A DNA stretch of 24,000 bases. Source: Candidatus Pacearchaeota archaeon (GTDB lineage Archaea > Nanobdellota > Nanobdellia > Pacearchaeales > GW2011-AR1). A program made the translations under genes and the position numbers. The notes under the pieces were generated by a model. That model had not been told where the DNA came from. It did not search any database and worked only from the letters and a program-made list of their open reading frames with translations. The stretch is from positions 9,020-33,019 of the forward strand of contig VGKS01000007.1 in assembly GCA_016866935.1 (NCBI GenBank). The letters run 5' to 3'. This document shows, in pieces, positions 8,629 to 16,931 of the stretch; positions within the stretch are counted from its first letter, which is position 1, and each line of letters opens with the position of its first letter.

Positions 8629-8649
8629 CTTAACCCAAGTAAAACTCCT

Positions 8650-8657
8650 TTTTTAAG
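8650..8657 (-). promoter_or_regulatory. TATA-like box upstream of aspS (sense CTTAAAAA)
   Basis: The centre is 25.5 nt upstream of ATG 8628, in the context GCTTAAAAAAGGAG. Confidence 0.4.
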
Positions 8658-8719
8658 CATTATGTTAAAATATTTGTGTATCCGTTTACGCTTTAATCAT
8701 TAAAAATTTCCTAAATCTT

Positions 8720-9157
8720 TTATGCAGCAGATCTTCTATAAACTCTTACAGTGGGTTGTCCTTCAAAAACTTCTTCTATAGTTCGAAGGTCATGTTCAAT
8801 ACGGTCTAAAACTCCTCCTAATGACAAATGAAATCTTACCTCTCCTTTATTTCTAATTACATCAATCCCCCCAGCACGCTCTTGATATTCTCCATGATTT
8901 TCATGTTGTTCATTTGGTCTAGCTGGATATTGTCGAGATTTCAAGTTTGTAGAAGCAACTATGACAAAACTCTCACCAACATCTTGACCATTAGAATCAA
9001 CTACTCTTCCAGTCAGTTCATGAAATTGAGGTTTAACACGTAAGAATACCGTTTGTCCTATTTCATCAGGCAAATAAATATCTGTTAATACTCTACGATC
9101 TTCTTCATCTAGATGTAACGCATAACTTTCTTGAGCGTCTCTTACAACCCTTACCAT
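8720..9157 (-). CDS. Hypothetical 145-aa protein, Arg-rich and Lys-poor, with a possible transthyretin/carboxypeptidase-regulatory-like beta-sandwich segment
   Basis: The ORF is clean and has its own TATA-like box. LTGRVVDSNGQDVGESFVIVAST resembles the GxVxDxxGxPxxxAxV motif of CarboxypepD_reg-like domains. It has 16 Arg against 3 Lys, unlike its neighbours. Confidence 0.6.
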   Translation of the reverse strand: MVRVVRDAQESYALHLDEEDRRVLTDIYLPDEIGQTVFLRVKPQFHELTGRVVDSNGQDVGESFVIVASTNLKSRQYPARPNEQHENHGEYQERAGGIDVIRNKGEVRFHLSLGGVLDRIEHDLRTIEEVFEGQPTVRVYRRSAA

Positions 9158-9178
9158 AATTATCTGTTTAATCTTGCC

Positions 9179-9186
9179 TTTTTAAG
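9179..9186 (-). promoter_or_regulatory. TATA-like box upstream of the 145-aa ORF (sense CTTAAAAA)
   Basis: The centre is 25.5 nt upstream of ATG 9157, in the context TCTTAAAAAGGC. Confidence 0.4.
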
Positions 9187-9227
9187 ATTTTATATATAAG
9201 AAAATATAGAAAAATAACTATTAGTAA

Positions 9228-10673
9228 TTAACTCAAGACCTTATTAATCAATTCCATTGCTTTCTTAGCATCAAGCTTACCTTTGTGTTTAGCCATAAGC
9301 ATCCCCATGTAAGCATTAGCTCTCATTCCAGGTTTCTCCTTGATAATAGACCTAATTTCTTTCTCAATTTCGTTATCATCTATTTTCTCAACTTTCAAAG
9401 CATCCTTAACACTGGATCCATCAAGAACTTTAATGAGTATTGGTTTAACATCACTAGAAACAATATTCTCATCTGCAAGTTCTCTCAAAACTTCAGCAAG
9501 TACGCTCTCACTTAAAATTTCTTTAATCTGGTAGAAAGTCTTCTTCTTTTTTGTAGCAAATTCATTTCTCCACAGAGTAACCATTTTAGCAATCAAGTTA
9601 GCATCGATAGGATAAATATCAAGAAAAGTATGGAACTCATCCAGAACTTCAGATTCATCTAAAACAAGTTCAATTAAATCTTCGCTGACTCCTTTCTTTC
9701 TCAATTCATCTCTAATATCAGTCTTTAGTTTAGGTAAATGTTTCTTTAAGTGGTCAATCCTTTGTCTTCCTATTCTCAATAAACTCAAATCAGTTTCAGG
9801 ATACATCCTGTCAGCTCCAGGCATAGGACGTAAAAATTCGCTTGTTCCGTCTTCTTTAGCATTTCGTACATCTCCAGTAGTTTTCTTTTTCTTGATATTA
9901 TCAATTTGCCTGTCAATTTCAATGTCAATTGTCTTAATCATCATCTTAGGATCCTGAAATCCTTTTATCTCTACTCTGTCATGTCCTTTTATAGAAACAT
10001 TAACATCTTGTCTTATTGTCCCAAGTCCCCTTTTAACTTTACAAGCGCGTAATATCTCTCCGATTTTAAGAGCACATTCTTTAACCTGTTCAGGATTATG
10101 TAAATCAGGGTAAGTTGCAATCTCTACTAAAGGAATTCCTAATCTATCTAAACGATAAACAACCTTATTTTTATCTCTAGAAATAACTCTAGCAGAATCT
10201 TCCTCTAGACAGACAGTAGCAACTCTAACATCTCCAAATGAAGTTTGAATTTTTCCATCATGGGCAATCAAGACAGTTCTCTGAAATCCGCTAGTATTAC
10301 TCCCGTCAATCACAGTTTTCCTCATAACCTGAGTAACAGGATAAATTTCACAATTAAGAAGTAAAGCAACAGTTAAAGCAGTATTAAGCGCTTCCTCATT
10401 TATGGAATGAGCAGGCTCCTCATCTAATTCAACAAGACTAGTTGTATCTCTATATCCTTCATAAAAGAATTGCTTTCCTAAATGTGCTTCATAAGCCACA
10501 GCAGAATCAACCGTTCCACTTTCACCAGCAACAGCATGAAGTTTTCTTTCTATTAAATAATGAGGTTCATCATTCCTCAAAAATGAAGGAGCGCCAGAAA
10601 AAAGTTTAGGAGTGTCTAATTGTTGATGAATCTCTAGGCCAGCTTTAAATCCCAACTCATTATATTTTTGCAT
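9228..10673 (-). CDS. gatE: Glutamyl-tRNA(Gln) amidotransferase subunit E, short form
   Basis: GLEIHQQLDT, VELDEEPAH, KTVIDGSNTSGFQRT, CLEEDSAR, YRLDRLGIPLVEI, RGLGTIRQDVNVSI and a YqeY-like tail are present. It is 481 aa. Confidence 0.85.
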   Translation of the reverse strand: MQKYNELGFKAGLEIHQQLDTPKLFSGAPSFLRNDEPHYLIERKLHAVAGESGTVDSAVAYEAHLGKQFFYEGYRDTTSLVELDEEPAHSINEEALNTALTVALLLNCEIYPVTQVMRKTVIDGSNTSGFQRTVLIAHDGKIQTSFGDVRVATVCLEEDSARVISRDKNKVVYRLDRLGIPLVEIATYPDLHNPEQVKECALKIGEILRACKVKRGLGTIRQDVNVSIKGHDRVEIKGFQDPKMMIKTIDIEIDRQIDNIKKKKTTGDVRNAKEDGTSEFLRPMPGADRMYPETDLSLLRIGRQRIDHLKKHLPKLKTDIRDELRKKGVSEDLIELVLDESEVLDEFHTFLDIYPIDANLIAKMVTLWRNEFATKKKKTFYQIKEILSESVLAEVLRELADENIVSSDVKPILIKVLDGSSVKDALKVEKIDDNEIEKEIRSIIKEKPGMRANAYMGMLMAKHKGKLDAKKAMELINKVLS

Positions 10674-10704
10674 AAACCAACAATAAGAAGAGTATTATTA
10701 AAGA

Positions 10705-11520
10705 TTATCTTAATTCTTCTTTATGCCCTAATATCCTATCTACATTATTTAAATAATCATAAAAATCTAAAGCATATAATCCTTCATTAAAAACTCTAGC
10801 AGCCAAACAAATATCAAACAAATCCTTATTTAACTTATAAGTTTCAGCCATATCTCTATAATCGCAAGAAGCAACCTTACGTCCAAGTTTTCTTTGCATC
10901 TCTTCTATTTTAAGTTTCCAGCCCTCAAGAGAAAAAGCGGATAGTCTTGACCAATCTCCATATTCAGCATCAGTAGTAAGCAAATCGTAAAATGGTCCTA
11001 CAACATCTTGTCTATCTCTTCCAAATTTAATTGCTCTTCTAACCTTCAAAGGTAAAATTTCTTCAAGAGCCGCAACACGAACATTTTCTACCCCCTCAAA
11101 ACTTTCAAATCTTGAGTAGTTTATTTGTTTTTGAACATAATCTTTAAAGCCAGCATAAACCTCTTTTCCAAAATTAGTCCAATGAATAAAAAAAGTTTTT
11201 GAGTCCTGTTTATTTTGACCTTCCATAACCTTTACACAATGATTTCCTCTTCCCTTTTTAGGTTGAACTTGATAACCATTATCTCTCAGATATTCGGCAA
11301 CCCTAGGAAATATATCTATTAAAAAATGCTCATAAGTCATATTTTCAGGAGTCAAAATATCTGCATCTGGAGTATCCCTTAAAAATTCAGATTTTCTTCT
11401 ACAATGTATTTGAACTGCAAGACCTCCAACAACAACAGGATTTGTCGAATTTACAACAGACAAGCTGGCCAAACTATCTCTAACAATTTTGTCTCCTAAA
11501 TCAAAACTAGTTCTACCCAT
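10705..11520 (-). CDS. AbiEii/DUF1814-like nucleotidyltransferase-fold protein
   Basis: Motifs VVGGLAVQIHCRRKSEFLRDTPDADIL (GG..R-x-T-x-D-x-D) and LEEILPLKVRRAIKFGRDRQDVVGPFYDLL are present. The tracked start at 11535 is TTG. ATG 11520 has GTTTAAAA centred 26.5 nt upstream. Confidence 0.55.
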   Translation of the reverse strand: MGRTSFDLGDKIVRDSLASLSVVNSTNPVVVGGLAVQIHCRRKSEFLRDTPDADILTPENMTYEHFLIDIFPRVAEYLRDNGYQVQPKKGRGNHCVKVMEGQNKQDSKTFFIHWTNFGKEVYAGFKDYVQKQINYSRFESFEGVENVRVAALEEILPLKVRRAIKFGRDRQDVVGPFYDLLTTDAEYGDWSRLSAFSLEGWKLKIEEMQRKLGRKVASCDYRDMAETYKLNKDLFDICLAARVFNEGLYALDFYDYLNNVDRILGHKEELR

Positions 11521-11542
11521 GAAAAACCTGCTCAAAGCAATC

Positions 11543-11550
11543 TTTTAAAC
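11543..11550 (-). promoter_or_regulatory. TATA-like box upstream of the nucleotidyltransferase ORF (sense GTTTAAAA)
   Basis: The centre is 26.5 nt upstream of ATG 11520, inside the gatD-NTase spacer. Confidence 0.35.
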
Positions 11551-11581
11551 CTTTGTATCTGTAACCTCTATATAGTTACAA

Positions 11582-12856
11582 CTATTCAGTCAAAAGTTCA
11601 TTAAATTCGCCGCAAACATTATCAATCATCTTTTCACGGACCAAGCTTCTCCAATTCTTATGTCCCAAAACCCATCCCAACTTTACAAGAGCAGTTTCTG
11701 GCAACAGATCTTCTAAATAAATGACTCCTAATTTCTCTAATTCACGACCAGGAGAATAAACCTTAGGATTTAATCTTCCATAAAAAGTCTGAGGAGCAAA
11801 ACAAATAGCAACTCCTTGTTTAATCAATCTCTTAATATGAGGAATCCATGAATGTTCATCATCGCCTGTTGCAACATGTCCGAAACCAGTCGCAACGATT
11901 ACAATTCCTCTATAACCTTGAACAAGATAATAATCAAGTATTGAAGGATCCTGTCCAGGATAATAATAAACTAAAGCAACCTTATCAGAAAAAGAAGAAT
12001 CTACCTTGGTCAAACCATCGCTTCTAGCATTATATTTTGATAAAAATTCTATTTTATTAGGAAAAACTTTAGCAATGGGTTCACAATTAATGGCCTTAAA
12101 TGCATCTCTTCTAGATGAATGCATCTTTCTCACCTTAGTTCCTCTGTATGCATAACAAAAATCATCGTTTTGAGTAGCATGTCCGACTAAAACAACTTCG
12201 GCACAATTACTCAATGACATTTCAACAGCACATTCTAGATTAAGCTCTGCATCTGAAGATGCTCTATCAATAGAACGTTGAGAAAATGTAAGCACAACTG
12301 GTTTCTTCAAGTCGCGTAAAAAAAATGAAAGAGCTGATGAAGTATAGTGTAATGTATCAGTACCATGAGTAACTATTACTCCTTTTATTTCAGGATCATT
12401 TAACATCTCCTTAACATGTTCTGCAATAGTTATCCAATGTTCTGAAGTCATATTTTCGCTAGCAACCATAAAAGGTACAGATATCTTCTTTACATTAACT
12501 TTCTCAAAGACTTTGGGATAAAACTTAACAAATTCTTGTGTATCAGTTAACCATGAAACTCCCCCGGTTCTAGAATCAAGTTTGGCAGCTATAGTTCCCC
12601 CAGTAATAACCATCCCTATAGATTGTTTATCTTTTGACTTACCAAAAGTAATTTTTTCTGTTCTTTTATTTGCCTTAAATTCTTCTATAACATGAAAGTC
12701 AAGAATATTTTCTTTTGGTATTCCTATATTATATCCAGATTTTAATTTAATTAAAATAACATCATTATCATAACTTTCTAAAGCAATACCTTCAACTTCC
12801 TCATGAGCAAGTCTTAGTTTAACCTTATCGCCGAAATTAAACTTAATATCTACCAT
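11582..12856 (-). CDS. gatD: Glutamyl-tRNA(Gln) amidotransferase subunit D
   Basis: It has the GatD-specific N-terminal domain followed by an asparaginase-type domain (ITGGTIAAKLD, HGTDTLHYTS). The ATG overlaps the proS stop codon (TAATG). Confidence 0.9.
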   Translation of the reverse strand: MVDIKFNFGDKVKLRLAHEEVEGIALESYDNDVILIKLKSGYNIGIPKENILDFHVIEEFKANKRTEKITFGKSKDKQSIGMVITGGTIAAKLDSRTGGVSWLTDTQEFVKFYPKVFEKVNVKKISVPFMVASENMTSEHWITIAEHVKEMLNDPEIKGVIVTHGTDTLHYTSSALSFFLRDLKKPVVLTFSQRSIDRASSDAELNLECAVEMSLSNCAEVVLVGHATQNDDFCYAYRGTKVRKMHSSRRDAFKAINCEPIAKVFPNKIEFLSKYNARSDGLTKVDSSFSDKVALVYYYPGQDPSILDYYLVQGYRGIVIVATGFGHVATGDDEHSWIPHIKRLIKQGVAICFAPQTFYGRLNPKVYSPGRELEKLGVIYLEDLLPETALVKLGWVLGHKNWRSLVREKMIDNVCGEFNELLTE

Positions 12857-14271
12857 TAGTAATTCCTAGCAACATAAGCAATAGTTTTAGTTTTTTGTCC
12901 TGAAACAATACATTCCCCTTCCTTGCTTTCTTCCTCAACAATTCTCGAGTTTGCCCCAGTTTCTTCCTTCAATTTTTCTTCAACTCTTTTGTCATCTACC
13001 ATGAATACTTTTACAATTTTTCCTTCTTCTAGTTTCTTAATTAATTGTTTAATATCTCTAGCAGAATCCATTTTACTTTCAAGCATTTTTTTGGCATTCA
13101 AATACAAATCTTTTTGAATATCCTCGAGGTTTTTCTTAACAGATTCGATAATATGGTTTTCAGCAACAATTTCTTTCTTATTATTATCCCTTCTAACCAT
13201 AACAACCTGTTTTTTATCTAAGTCTTTAGGACCTATCTCAATCCTAAGAGGAATACCTTTCATTTCCCACTCACTAAATTTCCACCCGGGACTTTTATCA
13301 CTATCATCAATTATTGCACCATATTCGCTTAATTGTGAAGCTAAATGTTTGCATTGAGCTAAAACTTTAGTGCGAGAATCTTCAAATAATATAGGTACAA
13401 TAACAATTTTGTTAGCAGCAACTTTAGGAGGTACAATCAATCCCTTATCATCTCCATGAACCATTGCTAAAGCACCTATCAAACGAGTAGAAAATCCCCA
13501 TGAAGTCTGCCAAACATACTGATCTTGTTCATTTTTATCTTTAAACATTACATTAAATGATTTAGCAAAATTCTGCCCTAAGTTATGAGATGTTCCCATT
13601 TGCAAAGCTTTTCCATCCGGCATAATCGCCTCCATTGTAAGAGTAGTAATAGCACCCGCAAATTTCTCCATTTTAGACTTTCTTCCAACTAAAACAGGAA
13701 TAGCTAGCATTTCTTCAACCATCTGTTGATAAGAACCCATCATCTCAGCCATATTATTTTCAGCTTCGTCCCTAGTAGCAAAAGCACAGTGTCCCTCCTG
13801 CCACAAAAACTCACGAGTTCTAACAAAAGGTTTAGTTTGTTTCACTTCCCATCTCAAAACATTACACCATTGATTCAATTTTAAAGGTAAATCTCTATGC
13901 GAGCGTATCCACTTAGAATAAGAATCATACATAATAGTTTCACTAGTAGGTCTTATAGCCAATTTTTGTTCATCATCTTTCTGTTCAACATATGCTAATT
14001 CAGGGGCAAACCCTTGAGCATGTTCGGCTTCTTTCTTAAAAAAATAATCAGGTATCAATAAAGGAAAATAAGCATTCAAAACATTCTTCTCCCTTAAAAC
14101 TTTGTTAAAATAATTCTGGATATTCTCCCATAAAGCATAAGCCCTAGGTCTTATAATCATAAAACCTCTGACTGGAGAATGATCAGCTAATTCAGCCTTT
14201 TGAACAACTTCACTATACCAATCAACAAAATTCTCATTCTTCTTAACAGTCAAACCTTTTGAATCAGCCAT
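12856..14271 (-). CDS. proS: Prolyl-tRNA synthetase, archaeal/eukaryotic type
   Basis: WYSEVVQKAELADHSPVRGFMIIRP, RPTSET, FRWE-like LRWEVKQTKPFVRTREFLWQEGH, and the C-terminal Cys motif ending in ..ARNY are present. Confidence 0.95.
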   Translation of the reverse strand: MADSKGLTVKKNENFVDWYSEVVQKAELADHSPVRGFMIIRPRAYALWENIQNYFNKVLREKNVLNAYFPLLIPDYFFKKEAEHAQGFAPELAYVEQKDDEQKLAIRPTSETIMYDSYSKWIRSHRDLPLKLNQWCNVLRWEVKQTKPFVRTREFLWQEGHCAFATRDEAENNMAEMMGSYQQMVEEMLAIPVLVGRKSKMEKFAGAITTLTMEAIMPDGKALQMGTSHNLGQNFAKSFNVMFKDKNEQDQYVWQTSWGFSTRLIGALAMVHGDDKGLIVPPKVAANKIVIVPILFEDSRTKVLAQCKHLASQLSEYGAIIDDSDKSPGWKFSEWEMKGIPLRIEIGPKDLDKKQVVMVRRDNNKKEIVAENHIIESVKKNLEDIQKDLYLNAKKMLESKMDSARDIKQLIKKLEEGKIVKVFMVDDKRVEEKLKEETGANSRIVEEESKEGECIVSGQKTKTIAYVARNY

Positions 14272-14292
14272 AATAAAAAAGAAGAGAAATAC

Positions 14293-14300
14293 TTATTAAA
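14293..14300. promoter_or_regulatory. Central A/T box (TTATTAAA / TTTAATAA) of the 50-nt proS/aminopeptidase divergent spacer; candidate shared bidirectional TATA element
   Basis: Its centre (14296.5) is 25.5 nt from the first base of both divergent ATGs (14271 on the minus strand, 14322 on the plus strand). Confidence 0.4.
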
Positions 14301-14321
14301 CCTTATCTACTGCCCATTAAA

Positions 14322-16826
14322 ATGGCTAAAAAAGAAGTGGTTAGATTACAAGATTTTGCTATTCCAAAACACTATGCTATCACAATAGAACCAGATAATG
14401 AAATGAACTCATACAAAGGTTCTGTGCAAATTAAAGCAAATATAACAAAACCTACAAAAGATATAATTTTACATTCAAAGAATTCAAAAATAAAAACGAC
14501 AACAATTTGCGTAGGGACACAATGTCTTCTACCAAAATTAACGGAAGACAAAGATTCTGAAATAATAAGGTTAGAAGTCCTAAAAGAAATATCAGGAGAT
14601 ATTGAGATTCATATAGAATTTGAAGGGGTTATTACAGAAGATTTAGCAGGAATATACAAAAGCACCTACGAACATAAAGGAAAAAAAGAACATTTAATCA
14701 CAACTCAATGTGAAGCTCCTTATGCAAGAAGGATATTCCCTTGTTTTGATGAACCTGATAAAAAAGCAACTTTTGATTTAACCGTTAAAATAGAAAAGAA
14801 TCTAAAAGCAATTAGTAACACCTTACCAAAATCAGAAAGAATTGAAGAAAATAAGAAAGTAATAGAATTTAAGACTAGCCCAAAAATGTCATCATATCTA
14901 TTTTACTTAGGAATTGGTGATTTTGAGTTTAGAGAAGGAAGTCATAAAAAAATAAAAATAAGAATAGTAACAACACCGGGAAAGAAGAGCACCGATTTCG
15001 CTTTAGAACATACAAAAAGATACCTGCAATATTTTGAAAATTACTCTGAAATCCCTTATCCACTAGAAAAACTAGATATGATTGCAATTCCAGATTTTAG
15101 TGCAGGAGCGATGGAAAACTGGGGAGCCATTACATTTAGAGAAATACTTCTAATAGTGGATAAAAGCAAGACTTCTATCGCAATACAAAAAAGAGCAGCA
15201 GAAGTTATAGCACACGAACTATGGCATCAATGGTCGGGCAATTTAGTAACGATGAAATGGTGGGACGATCTTTGGCTTAATGAGAGTTTTGCTAACTACA
15301 TGGCTTATAAAGCAGTTGACGATTATAAACCTGAATGGAAAATATGGGAAGATTACTTATCAAACGAACTTGCAGCAGGTCTCTTTAAGGACAGTTTAAA
15401 GACAACACACCCAATAGAAGTAAAAGTAAACAGCCCGGAAGAAATTTCTGAAATATTTGATGAAATAAGTTATAACAAAGGCGGAAGCGTCTTAAGAATG
15501 CTTGAAGAACATATGAGTAAAGAAGATTTTAGAAAAGGAGTTTCAAATTATCTTAAACAATATGCTTATTCAAATGCTAAAGCCAGTGATCTATGGAGTT
15601 GTTTAGATAAAATAAATACTGATAAAAAAGTAAAAGAGATGATGGCTTATTGGATTTCAGAGAAAGGTTATCCACTAATAAATATAGAAGAAACAAAAGA
15701 GGGGATAAAAGTATCTCAAAAAAGATGTAATGATAATACTAATCAAATCTGGCCTACACCAATTACTCTTCTAACAGATAACTCAACAAATAAAATACTC
15801 TTAAGTAAAAAAGAAGACTCTTTTAAAATTAAAGGAGAATACATAAAAGCAAATCATGATCATTTTGGTTTCTATAGGATAAAGTACTCAGATAAATTGC
15901 TAAAAGATCTTATACTTGCAATTAAAAATAAAAAGATTAATGATTCTGACCGATGGGGAATTCATAATGATCTCTGGGCATTATGTAATATAAATCAAGA
16001 AAGTGTAAAAAATTATATTTCTTTTATAGAAAACTATTTAGATGAAAATAATTACACGATTCTAGCAGAAATATTTTCTAGCGTTAGGAAGTTAGATAGA
16101 TTATATTATTACGAAGATTGGTGGCAGAAATCAAAGAATAAGCTAACCAATATGCTTCTTCCAATTTACAAAAAAAACCTATCAAGACTAGGATGGGATA
16201 AAAAGAGGAAAGAGGATAGCGAAGATACACTAATGAGAGGTCTATCTATAAGCTTCTGTGGTTTTGCAGGAGATAAAGAAACAATTAAGGAATCAAATGA
16301 AAGATTTCTTAAAAACAATCTTAATCTAGACATAGCCGGGAGTATCTACTCTATATTAGCTCAACAAGGGGATGAAAAAATTTATCTAGAAATGGTAAAA
16401 AGATTCGAGTCTATAGAAGAAGCAGAACCAAAATTAAAATTATTAGGAGGCATTTATCAATTTAGGAATGAAGAAATACTAAGAAAAGCCTTAGATTTTG
16501 CGCTTACAGATAAAGTCAGAACTCAAAATTTAAGAAACGTATTTAGTACTGCATTAATTAATCCAATATCTCAAAAAATTTTCTTAAAGTGGACTAAAGA
16601 CAATTGGGATAAAATAAAGAAACATCAAGATACGCATTATATCTTCCAGGATTTCCTTGACACATTAATTATTTCCCAAATAAATGAAGTAGGTAAAAAA
16701 GAAGTAAAAGATTTCATAAATAATAATAAAATAGGGTTTGAGCTAACTAAAGCAAATGGATTTGAAATATTAGATTTAAATATAAAATTTATTGAAAAAA
16801 ATAGAGAATTTCTAAAAAACTATTAA
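14322..16826 (+). CDS. M1-family zinc aminopeptidase (aminopeptidase N / tricorn-interacting-factor-like)
   Basis: Has the GAMENWG exopeptidase motif and HELWHQWSGNLVTMKWWDDLWLNESFA (HExxH-x18-E). It is 834 aa with a C-terminal ERAP-like helical domain. Confidence 0.9.
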   Translation: MAKKEVVRLQDFAIPKHYAITIEPDNEMNSYKGSVQIKANITKPTKDIILHSKNSKIKTTTICVGTQCLLPKLTEDKDSEIIRLEVLKEISGDIEIHIEFEGVITEDLAGIYKSTYEHKGKKEHLITTQCEAPYARRIFPCFDEPDKKATFDLTVKIEKNLKAISNTLPKSERIEENKKVIEFKTSPKMSSYLFYLGIGDFEFREGSHKKIKIRIVTTPGKKSTDFALEHTKRYLQYFENYSEIPYPLEKLDMIAIPDFSAGAMENWGAITFREILLIVDKSKTSIAIQKRAAEVIAHELWHQWSGNLVTMKWWDDLWLNESFANYMAYKAVDDYKPEWKIWEDYLSNELAAGLFKDSLKTTHPIEVKVNSPEEISEIFDEISYNKGGSVLRMLEEHMSKEDFRKGVSNYLKQYAYSNAKASDLWSCLDKINTDKKVKEMMAYWISEKGYPLINIEETKEGIKVSQKRCNDNTNQIWPTPITLLTDNSTNKILLSKKEDSFKIKGEYIKANHDHFGFYRIKYSDKLLKDLILAIKNKKINDSDRWGIHNDLWALCNINQESVKNYISFIENYLDENNYTILAEIFSSVRKLDRLYYYEDWWQKSKNKLTNMLLPIYKKNLSRLGWDKKRKEDSEDTLMRGLSISFCGFAGDKETIKESNERFLKNNLNLDIAGSIYSILAQQGDEKIYLEMVKRFESIEEAEPKLKLLGGIYQFRNEEILRKALDFALTDKVRTQNLRNVFSTALINPISQKIFLKWTKDNWDKIKKHQDTHYIFQDFLDTLIISQINEVGKKEVKDFINNNKIGFELTKANGFEILDLNIKFIEKNREFLKNY

Positions 16827-16899
16827 CGACCCCACGAGGAATCGAACCTCGATCTAGGGATCCGAAGTCCCTCATTCTAATCCATTAAACTATGGGGTC
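16827..16899 (-). tRNA. tRNA-Arg (anticodon UCG)
   Basis: The reverse complement is GACCCCA-TA-GTTT-AATGGATTA-GAAT-G-AGGGA-CTTCGGA-TCCCT-AGAT-CGAGG-TTCGATT-CCTCG-TGGGGTC-G. This folds as a full cloverleaf with a 7-bp acceptor stem, a TTCGATT T-loop and anticodon loop CT-TCG-GA. CCA is not encoded. The gene starts 1 nt after the aminopeptidase stop codon. Confidence 0.85.
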
Positions 16900-16922
16900 C
16901 AATAAACCAAGCAAAATGAGGT

Positions 16923-16930
16923 ATTTTAAA
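16923..16930 (-). promoter_or_regulatory. TATA-like box upstream of tRNA-Arg (sense TTTAAAAT)
   Basis: The centre is 27.5 nt upstream of the mature tRNA 5' end (16899), immediately downstream of the gatB stop codon. Confidence 0.4.
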
Positions 16931-16931
16931 T

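Noticed and set aside
10614-10626. When I counted bases by hand at the 5' end of gatE, I obtained one extra T (TAATTTG rather than TAATTG). That would frameshift the first ~19 codons.
   Set aside because: The computed ORF track gives an uninterrupted 481-aa protein with a canonical GatE N-terminus (GLEIHQQLDT). My manual count is therefore the likelier error. It is worth a trivial computational recheck, but I do not report it as a frameshift.
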